Below, piece after piece: positions 54,547 to 63,785 of a DNA stretch of 64,000 bases (its first letter is position 1; every line of letters starts with the position of its first letter). The DNA lies in NCBI GenBank assembly GCA_963841435.1, contig CAWJCS010000005.1, positions 96,001-160,000 of the forward strand, written 5' to 3'. The notes below the pieces were generated by a model. The model saw only the letters and a program-made list of their open reading frames with translations, searched no databases and was not told where the DNA came from. Source of the DNA: an uncultured delta proteobacterium (lineage in GTDB: Bacteria; Myxococcota_A; Polyangia; Polyangiales; Polyangiaceae). The translations under genes and the position numbers were made by a program.

Positions 54547-54606
54547 GGGTCATCGATGACCCACTTAAGACCACAAAGTCTCAAATCGGGCTCCTGGGGC
54601 CGATTT
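54547..54606. promoter_or_regulatory. Two palindromes in the pilM/sigma divergent intergenic region (candidate bEBP binding sites)
   Basis: Perfect GGGTCATCGATGACCC (54547-54562) and AAATCGG-N10-CCGATTT (54583-54606). Confidence 0.45.
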
Positions 54607-54711
54607 CTCTCAGCTTTCCCAGTTTAGAACAGTCGCGTCGGCGCCCAAAGAGAGGGTCGTCAGCGACCCACTAGGGACCATAAGTGATTGAAATCATTCG
54701 TTGCCCGAGCA

Positions 54712-54727
54712 TGGAACGAAAGCTGCT
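54712..54727 (+). promoter_or_regulatory. Putative sigma54 -24/-12 promoter
   Basis: TGGAACGAAAGCTGCT (GG-N10-GC), 30 nt before the ATG; AT-rich IHF-like TAAGTGATTGAAA just upstream. Confidence 0.65.
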
Positions 54728-54756
54728 TATGTCCCAGGCAGAGGAGATAGAGGAAC

Positions 54757-55554
54757 ATGGCCGACGCGAGCTTCAACTACGGGACGACTGAGACATGGGG
54801 CGCCCTAGCGGCGACGAGGGAAACCAGCACGACCCCGACGTGGCATTCGCTCCCGCCGGCAGCTCGCCGGCGAGCCTCCGCCGCGGTGCGGCTCTCGCGA
54901 CGCCCGGCGTCGGTCCGGCCAGCAGCGCTCGTCAAGCGCCCGCCCACCGCGCGTCCCCGCTCGGTCACCGACCCCAACACCGCTCGCCTGCTCGATCAAT
55001 ACACGACCGTCGTTCACAAGATCGCGTCGAGCTTCCAGCGTCGCCTGCCCCGCAGCGTCCTGCGCGAGGACCTCGTCGCGGCCGGCATGATCGGACTCTG
55101 GGACGCCATCCGCCGCCACGGCGAGCATCCGAACGAGGGCTTCGCCTGGTACGTCCGCGTGCGCGTCCGCGGTGCCATCCTCGACGAGCTCCGCGCGCAG
55201 GACTGGCTTTCGCGCCGTGTGCGCAAGGCCGCTGCCGAGGGGGCTCCCCCGCGAGTCGTCCGCTTCGAGGACGTGAGCGAGGCGGACCAGTCGCGCTGCC
55301 TGGGCACGCATGCCGACACCGGCGCCGAGCTCGAGCAGCGCGCCAACCGTGAGGCGCTGACCCGCGCCGTCGAGGCGCTGCCCGAGCGCGAGCGCCTCAT
55401 CGTGAGCGAGCACTACTTCCACGAGGTCAAATTCACCGCCCTCGGCGCCCGACTCGGCGTGAGCGAGCCGCGCATCTCGCAGCTCCACTCCCGCGCCATG
55501 CGCCACCTGCGCGAGATCGTCGCCCGCGAAGACCCCGAAGCCCTGAGCGCCTAA
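54757..55554 (+). CDS. FliA/WhiG-like sigma factor with region 3 largely absent
   Basis: EDLVAAGMIGLWDAI, RVRGAILDELRAQDW and LGVSEPRISQLHSRA; GAGG RBS. Confidence 0.88.
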   Translation: MADASFNYGTTETWGALAATRETSTTPTWHSLPPAARRRASAAVRLSRRPASVRPAALVKRPPTARPRSVTDPNTARLLDQYTTVVHKIASSFQRRLPRSVLREDLVAAGMIGLWDAIRRHGEHPNEGFAWYVRVRVRGAILDELRAQDWLSRRVRKAAAEGAPPRVVRFEDVSEADQSRCLGTHADTGAELEQRANREALTRAVEALPERERLIVSEHYFHEVKFTALGARLGVSEPRISQLHSRAMRHLREIVAREDPEALSA

Positions 55555-55588
55555 GCCTGAGCGGCGTCGACCCGGCCCGAAGAGCCTC

Positions 55589-56929
55589 CTACGGGAAAAT
55601 CTCGCGGTCCTGGTACACCTGAACCAAGCGCCCGAGCGCAACGCCGTAGCAGGCGATTCGGTTGGAGCAGCCGTGGAGCTTCGCAAACTGAGCCACCCGG
55701 TCGTACGCGTCGAGCATGGCGCGCTCGAGCCGCTCCTCGACTTCTTCGAGAGGCCATTGCTCGCTGCGGCGGTTTTGCACCCACTCGTAGTAGCTCACGG
55801 TGACACCACCCGCGTTGGCGAGAACGTCGGGCAAGATCTCGATGCCGCGGCGCGCGAGCACTGCCTCGCCCTCGGGTGAGCATGGGCCGTTGGCGCCCTC
55901 GACGACGAGCCGCACCTGGAGCGCCTCCGCCTCGACAGGACCCACCTGGTTTTCGAGCGCCGCGGGAACGAACAGGTCGGCCTGCACGGAGAAGAATTCC
56001 TCGCGCGTGATCTTCTGGCCGTTGGCGTAGCCGGCGATCGAGCCGTTCTGTCCGACGTATTGCTTGAGCCGGTGAACGTTGAAGCCTTCGGCGTTGTAGA
56101 GGTACCCGGTGTGGTCACCGACGGCTACGAGCGACACGCCCAAGTTGCCGAGCAGGACGGCCGTGTTGCTGCCCACGTTGCCGAAGCCCTGGACGATGAG
56201 CTTTTTCCCCTCCAACTTGAAGCGGGAGCGACGAGCCCATTCCGCGATGCAGTGAACGACCCCTTGCCCCGTCGCCGTTTCGCGGCCGAAGGTGCCGCCG
56301 CTCGACACCGGCTTGCCCGTGACGACGCCCATGGCGGCTTCCTTCTTCACCATGCCGACGGTGTTGACGTAGGTGTCGAGCGCCCAGGCCATCACCTGCG
56401 CGTTCGTGCCCACGTCGGGGGCCGGAATGTCGTAGTCGGGCCCGACGTTCGAGCCGAGGGCGTGGATGAAGCGCCGCGTGATGCGCTGGAGCTCCCCGTG
56501 GGATACCGCTCGTGGGTCGAACTTGATGCCGCCCTTGCCACCGCCGAACGGCAAGTTCATGAGCGAGCACTTCCACGTCATCATGGCCGCCAGCGCCTTG
56601 AAATCGTCGAGGCCGGCGTGCTCGTGGTAGCGCATGCCACCCTTGAAGGGCCCGAGGATGTTCGAGTGCTGGATCCGATATCCCTTGAACAGTCGAAACT
56701 CCCCGCTATCCATCCGCACCGGAAAATGAACGATGATTTCGTTCTTCGGCTGGCTCAAGATCGTGCGCACGTGCTCGGGCACGTTGGCGAGGCGAGCGGC
56801 CTCGTCGAGGTAGCCCTGAATCACGCGAAAGAAGTCGTAGCGTTCGCCCGGCGGGGCCTTGCTCATTCCGACGACGCGGTCGTCCGACGGGGTTCGTTGC
56901 GAAGCCGGTCCGGGAAAACCAGTGCTCAT
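55589..56929 (-). CDS. gdhA: Glutamate dehydrogenase (Glu/Leu/Phe/Val family)
   Basis: GPFKGGMRY, MTWKC, PFGGGKGG, DIPAPD, VTGKP, QGFGNVG, EGANGP and NAGGVTVSY. Confidence 0.95.
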   Translation of the reverse strand: MSTGFPGPASQRTPSDDRVVGMSKAPPGERYDFFRVIQGYLDEAARLANVPEHVRTILSQPKNEIIVHFPVRMDSGEFRLFKGYRIQHSNILGPFKGGMRYHEHAGLDDFKALAAMMTWKCSLMNLPFGGGKGGIKFDPRAVSHGELQRITRRFIHALGSNVGPDYDIPAPDVGTNAQVMAWALDTYVNTVGMVKKEAAMGVVTGKPVSSGGTFGRETATGQGVVHCIAEWARRSRFKLEGKKLIVQGFGNVGSNTAVLLGNLGVSLVAVGDHTGYLYNAEGFNVHRLKQYVGQNGSIAGYANGQKITREEFFSVQADLFVPAALENQVGPVEAEALQVRLVVEGANGPCSPEGEAVLARRGIEILPDVLANAGGVTVSYYEWVQNRRSEQWPLEEVEERLERAMLDAYDRVAQFAKLHGCSNRIACYGVALGRLVQVYQDREIFP

Positions 56930-56936
56930 GCTGCTC

Positions 56937-57761
56937 TCAACGGCCGAGGCAAAATAGAGAATAGAGGTAGACCATCGGCGTTATCACGAGGAGGGCGTCG
57001 ATGCGGTCGAGCATGCCCCCGTGACCGGGGAGCAGGCCTCCTGAGTCCTTGATGCCAGTCGAGCGCTTGAGCAAGGATTCGGTGAGGTCGCCGGCCTGGC
57101 CGAGCAGCCCGCCCGCCACGCCGAGCGAAAGCGCATCCGCGATGGGCACGGCCGGCGCGTACCAGAACGCCCCGACCACGGCGCCGATCAGCGAGCCGAC
57201 CACGGCCCCGACCAGCCCGGCGCGGGTCTTTTTCGGGCTCACGGCCGGGTAGAGCGGCGTCTTTCCCAGGAAACGTCCGAAAAAATACCCCCCCGTGTCG
57301 CCGAGCCAGGCAAGGGTGAGCGCGAGCAGCACGAGGCCGGCTCCCCGTTCGGGGACGTCGGCACGCAGTCGCGCCAGCATCCCGAGTGAGCCCCCGACGT
57401 ACACGGGCACCGCCGCACCGGCGAGGACGCGCAGCGCGGCCGTCGGGATCTCCCCGAGCCGCACGAGCGGCACGAGCATGCCGAGGATGGGCGCGAAGCC
57501 GAGCGCGGCCCACACCACGCGCGGGTCGGTCCCGGCGAAGGCGAGCGCAGCGGTCACGCTCGCGGTGAGCACGGCGAGCCCGGCGATGGCAGGGCCATCG
57601 CCGGGATGCGTCATGTGCAGAACCTCGCGCGCTGCGACCAGCGACGTGACGACGACGAGCAGACTGAACCCCCACGCCGGCCCTCGAAAGAGCAAGAGCA
57701 GCAAGAGCGGTGCGGCGACGCCGGCAGTCGCCAGCCGGACCGCTAGGTTGCTTTTCGGCAC
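56937..57761 (-). CDS. cdsA: Phosphatidate cytidylyltransferase
   Basis: DTGGYFFG, VSPKKT and GDLTESLLKR..IKDSG.LLPGHGGMLDRID. Confidence 0.95.
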   Translation of the reverse strand: MPKSNLAVRLATAGVAAPLLLLLLFRGPAWGFSLLVVVTSLVAAREVLHMTHPGDGPAIAGLAVLTASVTAALAFAGTDPRVVWAALGFAPILGMLVPLVRLGEIPTAALRVLAGAAVPVYVGGSLGMLARLRADVPERGAGLVLLALTLAWLGDTGGYFFGRFLGKTPLYPAVSPKKTRAGLVGAVVGSLIGAVVGAFWYAPAVPIADALSLGVAGGLLGQAGDLTESLLKRSTGIKDSGGLLPGHGGMLDRIDALLVITPMVYLYSLFCLGR

Positions 57762-57825
57762 GGGTGCATTGATTTACCCGGGTCGGGCGCGCGCGCCAAC
57801 CGGACGCACGCCGGGTCCCGCTGCG

Positions 57826-58350
57826 TCACGCGGCCTCGACCCCCTGACGCGCGGGCCCCGCCGCCGCTGGCAGACCGTGAGGCGCAGCCGGCGCGAGCCG
57901 CCGCGCCGCGCTCGCGCGTGCGCCGCGGGCCGGAACCGGCTCGAAAATCTTGCCGAGCCCGAAGCGCGGCATGTTGACGTAGATCGACTCGAAGCCCCCG
58001 GCCGGCACGACGAACGTCTCGTGCCAGATGCCGACCGAGCCATCGGTGCCGATGCGCCGCTGGAAGGCCGACCAGGCAGGATAGTGCGCGTGGTCGCGGG
58101 AGTGCGCGTACGAGAGCAGCTTTTCGGTCGATTCCCAGTATTGAATCGACATGCCGAAGAGCAGCATGCCGCCGAGGTAACCCGACGCCGGGTTTGCCTT
58201 GAGCTCCCGCACCATGCGCGGCATGGCCATGGCGACGGGCAGCCAGCGGTGGACCGAAAGGGGACGGTTGATACGCATACCGATCAGGAAGACCACGATG
58301 GGCTTGTCGTTGAGGACGGTGACGCGATCGGCGACGACGGTGGATGACAT
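57826..58350 (-). CDS. DUF4188-family (antibiotic-biosynthesis-monooxygenase-like) protein
   Basis: VVFLIGMRIN, QYW, H..AW..F, GIWHETF and ESIYVNMP.FGLG. Confidence 0.85.
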   Translation of the reverse strand: MSSTVVADRVTVLNDKPIVVFLIGMRINRPLSVHRWLPVAMAMPRMVRELKANPASGYLGGMLLFGMSIQYWESTEKLLSYAHSRDHAHYPAWSAFQRRIGTDGSVGIWHETFVVPAGGFESIYVNMPRFGLGKIFEPVPARGARASAARRLAPAAPHGLPAAAGPARQGVEAA

Positions 58351-58368
58351 GGGCTCGGTTCCTCTCTT

Positions 58369-58383
58369 GTTAACAGTGTTCAC
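58369..58383. promoter_or_regulatory. TetR operator candidate 1
   Basis: GTTAACAGTGTTCAC, an AT-rich palindrome just upstream of the DUF4188 RBS. Confidence 0.8.
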
Positions 58384-58435
58384 TTAGCGGGCAAAAAAAG
58401 GGGGGCGGGGCGCCACCGCACGACGACCTCGAACC

Positions 58436-59041
58436 TCAACTCCGGAGCGCCGCCTCTCGCGAGCGCAGGGCGAGCTCGACGCGATCGAGCACGAGCGCGA
58501 CCATGGCGTCGAGGCCCGCTCGATCGAGGCGACCCTCGAGCTGACCATTTAGCCACAGGATCGCGAGCCCGTGCACTTGCGACCAGACGTAGAGCGACAG
58601 CGCTACCGGGTCGCCCGGCGCGAACACCTCCGCGTCGAGGCACTCACGCACACGATCGACGAGAAAACGGAAGGTACCCTGCGCTCGCTCCTCGATTTCA
58701 GCTGAAATCTGCACGTAGCCGAGCGTTTTGCAATCGGTAGAGAACATCAGCTGGTAGTCCCGGGGGTGCTCGAGCGCGAACGCGAAGTACGCCTCGCCAG
58801 CACGCCGAAACCGCTCGAGCGGCGTGCGCCCCGATAGGGCCCGGACCAGATAGCCGGCGAAGGTCGAGAAGCTCTCGTCGATGAGCGTCGCGAGCAGCGC
58901 GTCCTTGTCGGCAAAGTGACGGTAGATGGCGGGCGCCGAGACGCCGACGCGCTCGGCGAGCACGCGCATCGAGAAACCCTCGAGGCCTTGCCGCACGAAG
59001 AGCTCGCGGGCCTCGCTGAGGATCCGTTCGCGCGTCGTCAT
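58436..59041 (-). CDS. TetR/AcrR-family regulator (WHG-type C-terminus)
   Basis: TRERIL..A..LF, SMR.LAE.VGVSAPAIYRHFADK and WSQVHG. Confidence 0.93.
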   Translation of the reverse strand: MTTRERILSEARELFVRQGLEGFSMRVLAERVGVSAPAIYRHFADKDALLATLIDESFSTFAGYLVRALSGRTPLERFRRAGEAYFAFALEHPRDYQLMFSTDCKTLGYVQISAEIEERAQGTFRFLVDRVRECLDAEVFAPGDPVALSLYVWSQVHGLAILWLNGQLEGRLDRAGLDAMVALVLDRVELALRSREAALRS

Positions 59042-59056
59042 GTAAACAGTGTTAAC
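59042..59056. promoter_or_regulatory. TetR operator candidate 2
   Basis: GTAAACAGTGTTAAC abutting the tetR ATG. Confidence 0.8.
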
Positions 59057-59190
59057 TTCGCCCCTGCCCGGCGTCAAGGCGGTTTTTGCACTTGGGCGCG
59101 CCCGGCCCTCGGGCCGCCACGGGGCCGCCCGCTGCGGCAGGTGGCAGGTGGCGGCCGGGCACTCAGCCCGAAACGAGCGTCCGGCCTGCG

Positions 59191-59715
59191 ATGCCCAGCA
59201 TCGAGAGCACCTGGGTTTACTACCGGCTCAACGTGTTCCCGATCGCGATCCCACCGCTGCGCGAGCGCGACCACGACGTCGACGAGCTCGCGCAAGCGTT
59301 CCTCGCCAAAGCGGCGCGGCGTGGGGGGCGCGAGATCGACCCGCTCACGGAGCCCGTGCTCGCGCGGCTCAGGGCGTACCCGTGGCCCGGCAACGTCCGC
59401 GAGCTCGAGAATGTCATCGAGCGCGGTGTGATCATGTCGCGCGAGGGCCGCTTCAACGTCGGCCGCGCGCTCGGCGACGCGACAGGGCTCGTACCGGCCC
59501 CGCCCGTGGCAGCGACCGCACCGGTCGCGCCCGGCGGCGACCTTCTCACGGCCGAGGCGCTGCACGCGTTCGAGCGTCGGAACCTCGAGCAAGCTCTCGA
59601 GAGGACGGGCTGGAAGGTGTCGGGGCCCGGGGGTGCCGCGGAGATTTTGGGCATACATCCCTCGACGCTGAGCTCACGGCTGCGCGCGCTCGGCATGCGA
59701 CGCCCGGCGCGCTGA
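59191..59715 (+). pseudogene. 5'-truncated sigma54 activator (AAA+ lid and HTH only)
   Basis: [30 protein letters not shown] and [16 protein letters not shown] present; Walker A/B and GAFTGA absent. Confidence 0.75.
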
Positions 59716-59806
59716 GCCCGAGTGCTCGCCCCGCACCCCCTGCTCTTGCCCCCGACCGGCCCGAGGAGGTTGCTGGCGCGCGCTTTCCACATTACTCCGA
59801 GCCCCC

Positions 59807-62188
59807 GTGTCACGCGCTCTCGCCGGCCGCTTCACGGCCTGGGCTCGCTCGCGGGGTCAGGCGTTCGGGCTCGTGGCCTCGGCCGCGGCGTTCGTCGCGT
59901 TCGCGAAGCCGGCCCCCGAGGAGCCCTCGCTCCCAGCCCTCGAGCGGCTCGTCGGCAGCGCCGCGGGCGTCGAGGTCATCGACGGCGCGCTCGCCTGGGA
60001 GCCTGGCGGCGGTGCGCTCGACGAGCTGTTCTTCGGCCGCCCGCTGCTGTTTCTCGGAGCGCAGAGCGGAGGACGGCGCGATCTGTACCGGGCCTTCGTG
60101 CGACTCACGCCGCACGGCGCACCCCTCGCCGTCCGCCGCATCAGAGACCTGACGAACACCCCCGACGCCGACGAGACGGGGCTCGTCGTCCGCGGCGACC
60201 GCGCAGCGTTCGCGACGCTGTCGGCGGGGCGCGTCGTTGCCGTCACGACGCTCGAGGGCCTCGGCGGTCGCCCCGCGCCCACACGACCCCGCGGGTTCTT
60301 CGCGCGGCTCGCCGCCAGGGTGCGTCAGGGCAGCTTCACGCCGCTCGCTCGTACGGATTTCGTGCTGCTTGCGCCGAGCGATCGGGTCGTGTTCTCGCTC
60401 GTCGACGAGCGGCTCGAGCTCGACCTCGGCGCGCAGGGTGGCGCCCGGGCGATCGACTTCGTTCGGCGCCGTTTCGACGGCCCGGGCAAGCCGCCGCTCG
60501 AGCCGCTCGCGCGGGGCCTCGTGCCCGCAAGCGCGCTGCTCGCGACGGTCGACGCCGCGCGCGAGGCGTTCGGCTCGGGCGTGGTCGGGCTCGCGGGACG
60601 CGCCCTCGCCGGGGTCGCGGCCTTTCGCCGGCGCCTGCCGCTCGTGGGGGCCGGCATGGCGCGAGCCGAGGCCCCGCGCTCGCTCCGAGGGCCGATGAAT
60701 CCACCCCCGGCCATGGGCGGCGCGGCGGCCGAAGGGCTCTTCACGCGACGCGTGGTGCTTCCGGAACCGGTCGCGCGCGGCAGCCGGCTCGTGCTCGTGA
60801 CGATCGACATGCGCGCGCTCGAGCTCGGTGTGGTCGCAGGTGCTTCGCTGCCGCGCGCCACGGCAAGCGTGCCCGGCGACGGGCGGCTGCCGCGAGACCC
60901 GGCGCTTTTGTCGCGCGTGGTCGCCTGCTTCAACGGCGGCGACGAGGAGCCCGCCTCACGCGTCGGGGCGATGGCGCGCTCGCGCCTGCTCGCGCCGCCC
61001 GTGGCGTCGCTGCCCAGCGTGAGCCTCACGCTGGGGCACGAGGTGCTGTTCGGCACCTGGCCGTTCGGTGCGGCCGTGCCGCCGAACCTCGTGGGCTTCG
61101 AACAGCGCACGCGGGCGCTCGTCGGTGACCGCGCCGGCTCCGGTGCGCCGAAGGCGGGGGACGAATCGCGGCGGCGGCGCTCGGCGCTCTGCGCGCTCGG
61201 AGGCGGGCACCTCGCGTATGCCTACGCCGAGGGCATGACGCGCGCCGGGCTCGAGCAAAGCCTCGAAAGAAGCGGTTGCGTGTACGCGTTGCCGCTCGCC
61301 GCCGATCCCGAGCGCCTCGGCTTTGCGCTCGCCCACGTGCCGTCGCCCGGCGCGGGTCGGTTCGAGCTCGCGGACCCCGCCATGGACTTCGACGCGGACG
61401 CGACGCTCGCGGGGTTGACGCGCGGCTTCTTCTACCTCTCGTGGCGGAAGCTTTCTCCGGAGCTCCCGGCGAGCGTTTCCTTTCACCCCGACGCTGGCAA
61501 GCAGCCGCCTCCCACGTGGTCCCCCGCGATCTTCACGGGGACGCTCGCGATGGGAAAGCTCGTCGTGACGCTGGTGTCGCTCGAGCGCGGGCACCTCGAC
61601 TACCGCCTGCGCGCGGGACCGCGCGAGCTCGGCGCGCGCGGTGAGCCATGGGCCGGTGCGCTCGACGACGCCGCCGTCGCACGGGCGCTCGCGGCCATCG
61701 AGCTCGGGCACGCCACGGCCGCGAATCGCTTCGGGCTCGTTCTCGGCGCCAGCGTGCCACTGCCCGTGCGAAGCGAATACGCGACGCTCGTCGTGGGCGA
61801 GGAAGTGCCGCCGCGCATCCTCTTGCCGGGCGAGTCGGTGACGCTCGCGCACGGCGAGCAGGCCGTGCAGCTACCGCTGCTTGCCGACGATCACGACATC
61901 ACGGTGCGCGCCCGCGCGCGGGGCGGCTTTCGACCTCGCGCGGCACTCGGTATCGCCGAGGGCGGGCGCGTCGTCGTCGCGATCGCGAGCCACGACAGCA
62001 GCGACCCGCTGGCCGTCGCGCTGCGGGCGGCCGGCTGCCGCCGCGTGGTCGAGCTGGATCGCGGCTCGCATCACCCGGCGTTCATCCACCGCGCGGGAAC
62101 CGACACGCCCCCGCGCACCGACTACGAATCCACCACGCTCTGGGCGCTCGCCCGTCCCACGTTGCCCGCCGTGGTCGTCGCGCCGTGA
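59807..62188 (+). CDS. Large membrane-anchored hypothetical protein, possibly phosphodiester-glycosidase-like
   Basis: 793 aa; N-terminal TM; LELGVVAG, FNGG, RSALC/RAALG and ELD segments in two weakly similar halves. Confidence 0.55.
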   Translation: MSRALAGRFTAWARSRGQAFGLVASAAAFVAFAKPAPEEPSLPALERLVGSAAGVEVIDGALAWEPGGGALDELFFGRPLLFLGAQSGGRRDLYRAFVRLTPHGAPLAVRRIRDLTNTPDADETGLVVRGDRAAFATLSAGRVVAVTTLEGLGGRPAPTRPRGFFARLAARVRQGSFTPLARTDFVLLAPSDRVVFSLVDERLELDLGAQGGARAIDFVRRRFDGPGKPPLEPLARGLVPASALLATVDAAREAFGSGVVGLAGRALAGVAAFRRRLPLVGAGMARAEAPRSLRGPMNPPPAMGGAAAEGLFTRRVVLPEPVARGSRLVLVTIDMRALELGVVAGASLPRATASVPGDGRLPRDPALLSRVVACFNGGDEEPASRVGAMARSRLLAPPVASLPSVSLTLGHEVLFGTWPFGAAVPPNLVGFEQRTRALVGDRAGSGAPKAGDESRRRRSALCALGGGHLAYAYAEGMTRAGLEQSLERSGCVYALPLAADPERLGFALAHVPSPGAGRFELADPAMDFDADATLAGLTRGFFYLSWRKLSPELPASVSFHPDAGKQPPPTWSPAIFTGTLAMGKLVVTLVSLERGHLDYRLRAGPRELGARGEPWAGALDDAAVARALAAIELGHATAANRFGLVLGASVPLPVRSEYATLVVGEEVPPRILLPGESVTLAHGEQAVQLPLLADDHDITVRARARGGFRPRAALGIAEGGRVVVAIASHDSSDPLAVALRAAGCRRVVELDRGSHHPAFIHRAGTDTPPRTDYESTTLWALARPTLPAVVVAP

Positions 62189-62227
62189 GCTCGACGCGCA
62201 GCGCGCCGGCGGAGGCAGAGCGCTCCG

Positions 62228-62554
62228 TTACTTGCGAATGCGCTTCCGCTTGACGATTTGTTCGTCGTTGACACGCATGATCTCGCGCGTGTCGCGATCG
62301 CGGTAGCGCACCTGGAGCACCAGCCGCTTTTCGGCCTCGTAGAAGTAGTGTCGGACCTCGCGCACGAGGCCCTCCTTGGCGGCGGCCTCGGCGGCGGGCG
62401 AGGCGTCGTCGGCCGTCCACGTGCCGGTGCCGGGAGGCAGGGGCTCGAGCACGCCGAGCCTCTCTTCGGCCGCGCCGGGCACGAGATTGAGCATGAAGAG
62501 CACGTAGACGCCGATGCTAAGCACGCCCACGATCAGCAAGAAGACGTAGAACAC
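62228..62554 (-). CDS. Small single-pass membrane protein
   Basis: N-terminal TM helix and a charged C-terminal domain. Confidence 0.7.
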   Translation of the reverse strand: MFYVFLLIVGVLSIGVYVLFMLNLVPGAAEERLGVLEPLPPGTGTWTADDASPAAEAAAKEGLVREVRHYFYEAEKRLVLQVRYRDRDTREIMRVNDEQIVKRKRIRK

Positions 62555-62576
62555 GCGCGCTGCCCGCCCCGAGACG

Positions 62577-63785
62577 TTAGACGAAATCCGAGGGGCGCGC
62601 CTCGGCCTCGGCGATCACCTGGGGAATGCGCTCGGCCTCGACCCCGGACCAGAGCACGGTCCACGCCGGCGTGCGCGCCATGCCGTCGCAGACGCCGAGG
62701 TACCAGCCGAGGATGGGATTGTCGTGGCGGGTACGCCAGAAGAAGCGCGCGTGGTCGCGCACGAGCGCCTGCCAGAGGTCGTAGCCCATGCCTTCGCCCT
62801 GGGCCTGCGGCAGCACGGCGAACTTCGTGAGGTACGGCACCGTGGCGCCGGGGTGCAGGATGGCGGCCCCGCGGTACTGCTCGTCGACGTACACGGCATG
62901 CGGCGGACGCTCGAAGAAATCCGGCGCGAGCGTGCGACCGAAGCTCTTCTCGACCAGCGTGCGCAGACGCGGCAGGTCGAGCGACGCGTAGTCGTCGTGG
63001 CGCCCGATGGGCGTGCCCGGCTTCACGAGGGTGCCGGCGCCCTTCACCGTGAAGAGCTCCTTCATGAGGTTGAGCGGCGACGCGACGCTCACCAGCAAGG
63101 GGTTCGGCGCCACGAGCTCGATGAGCCGCGCCGCGACGTCGAGCAACTCGCCCTCACGCTTGGACAAGCGCTTGGACGCGACGAGCCCGGCGCGGTCGGT
63201 GCGCAGGTTGACCACCGAGAGCCAGCCGCCCGGGCTGAGCGGCGGCCTCGGACCGGCATCGGCGGTGCGCTCCGGGCGGAGTGCAATGCCGCCGCGGCGC
63301 CTGAGCAACACCACCTTGCGAGTGTCGAGCACACGCGCGATGGCGCCGAGCCGCTCGACGCGCGCATCGCGCGTGTCGCCCTCCTTCACCGGGAAATAGA
63401 CGACGGGGACGCGTTCGGCACGGAGCTCGTTGATGAGCTCCTCGACGAGCGTCGGCTCGTCGGTGGAATGGATGTACGGCACGAGACCGGCGCCGGAGAG
63501 CCGGCGCGCGAGCCGCTCGGCGCCGGCCGCCGACGACGCGGGATCGAACAGGCCGAGCACGAAGGTCGTGAAGAGGTCGAGATCGGCGAGGAAGCGGATC
63601 TCTTCGACGAGCGCGCCGAGGCCGTCGCGCAAGACCTGCGGCCCGGGCGCGATCATCGCGAAGCTTTCCTTGGGAAGCTCGCGGAAGATCCGAAGATAGA
63701 GCTCCGCCTCCGCGCGGCGCCCCAAGCTCTCCAGGAAGGTGAGGACGACGTCGGCGGGCGTCGCCGGCTGCACCGGCGCCGTCAC
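62577..63785 (-). CDS. N-acetylglutamate synthase-like protein (degenerate AAK domain plus NAT/DUF619 domain)
   Basis: ELFTVKGAGTL; YRGAAI, PYLTKFAV...QGEGMG, FWRTR.DNP and WY..CDG; GTGA coupling to the upstream gene. Confidence 0.8.
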   Translation of the reverse strand: MTAPVQPATPADVVLTFLESLGRRAEAELYLRIFRELPKESFAMIAPGPQVLRDGLGALVEEIRFLADLDLFTTFVLGLFDPASSAAGAERLARRLSGAGLVPYIHSTDEPTLVEELINELRAERVPVVYFPVKEGDTRDARVERLGAIARVLDTRKVVLLRRRGGIALRPERTADAGPRPPLSPGGWLSVVNLRTDRAGLVASKRLSKREGELLDVAARLIELVAPNPLLVSVASPLNLMKELFTVKGAGTLVKPGTPIGRHDDYASLDLPRLRTLVEKSFGRTLAPDFFERPPHAVYVDEQYRGAAILHPGATVPYLTKFAVLPQAQGEGMGYDLWQALVRDHARFFWRTRHDNPILGWYLGVCDGMARTPAWTVLWSGVEAERIPQVIAEAEARPSDFV

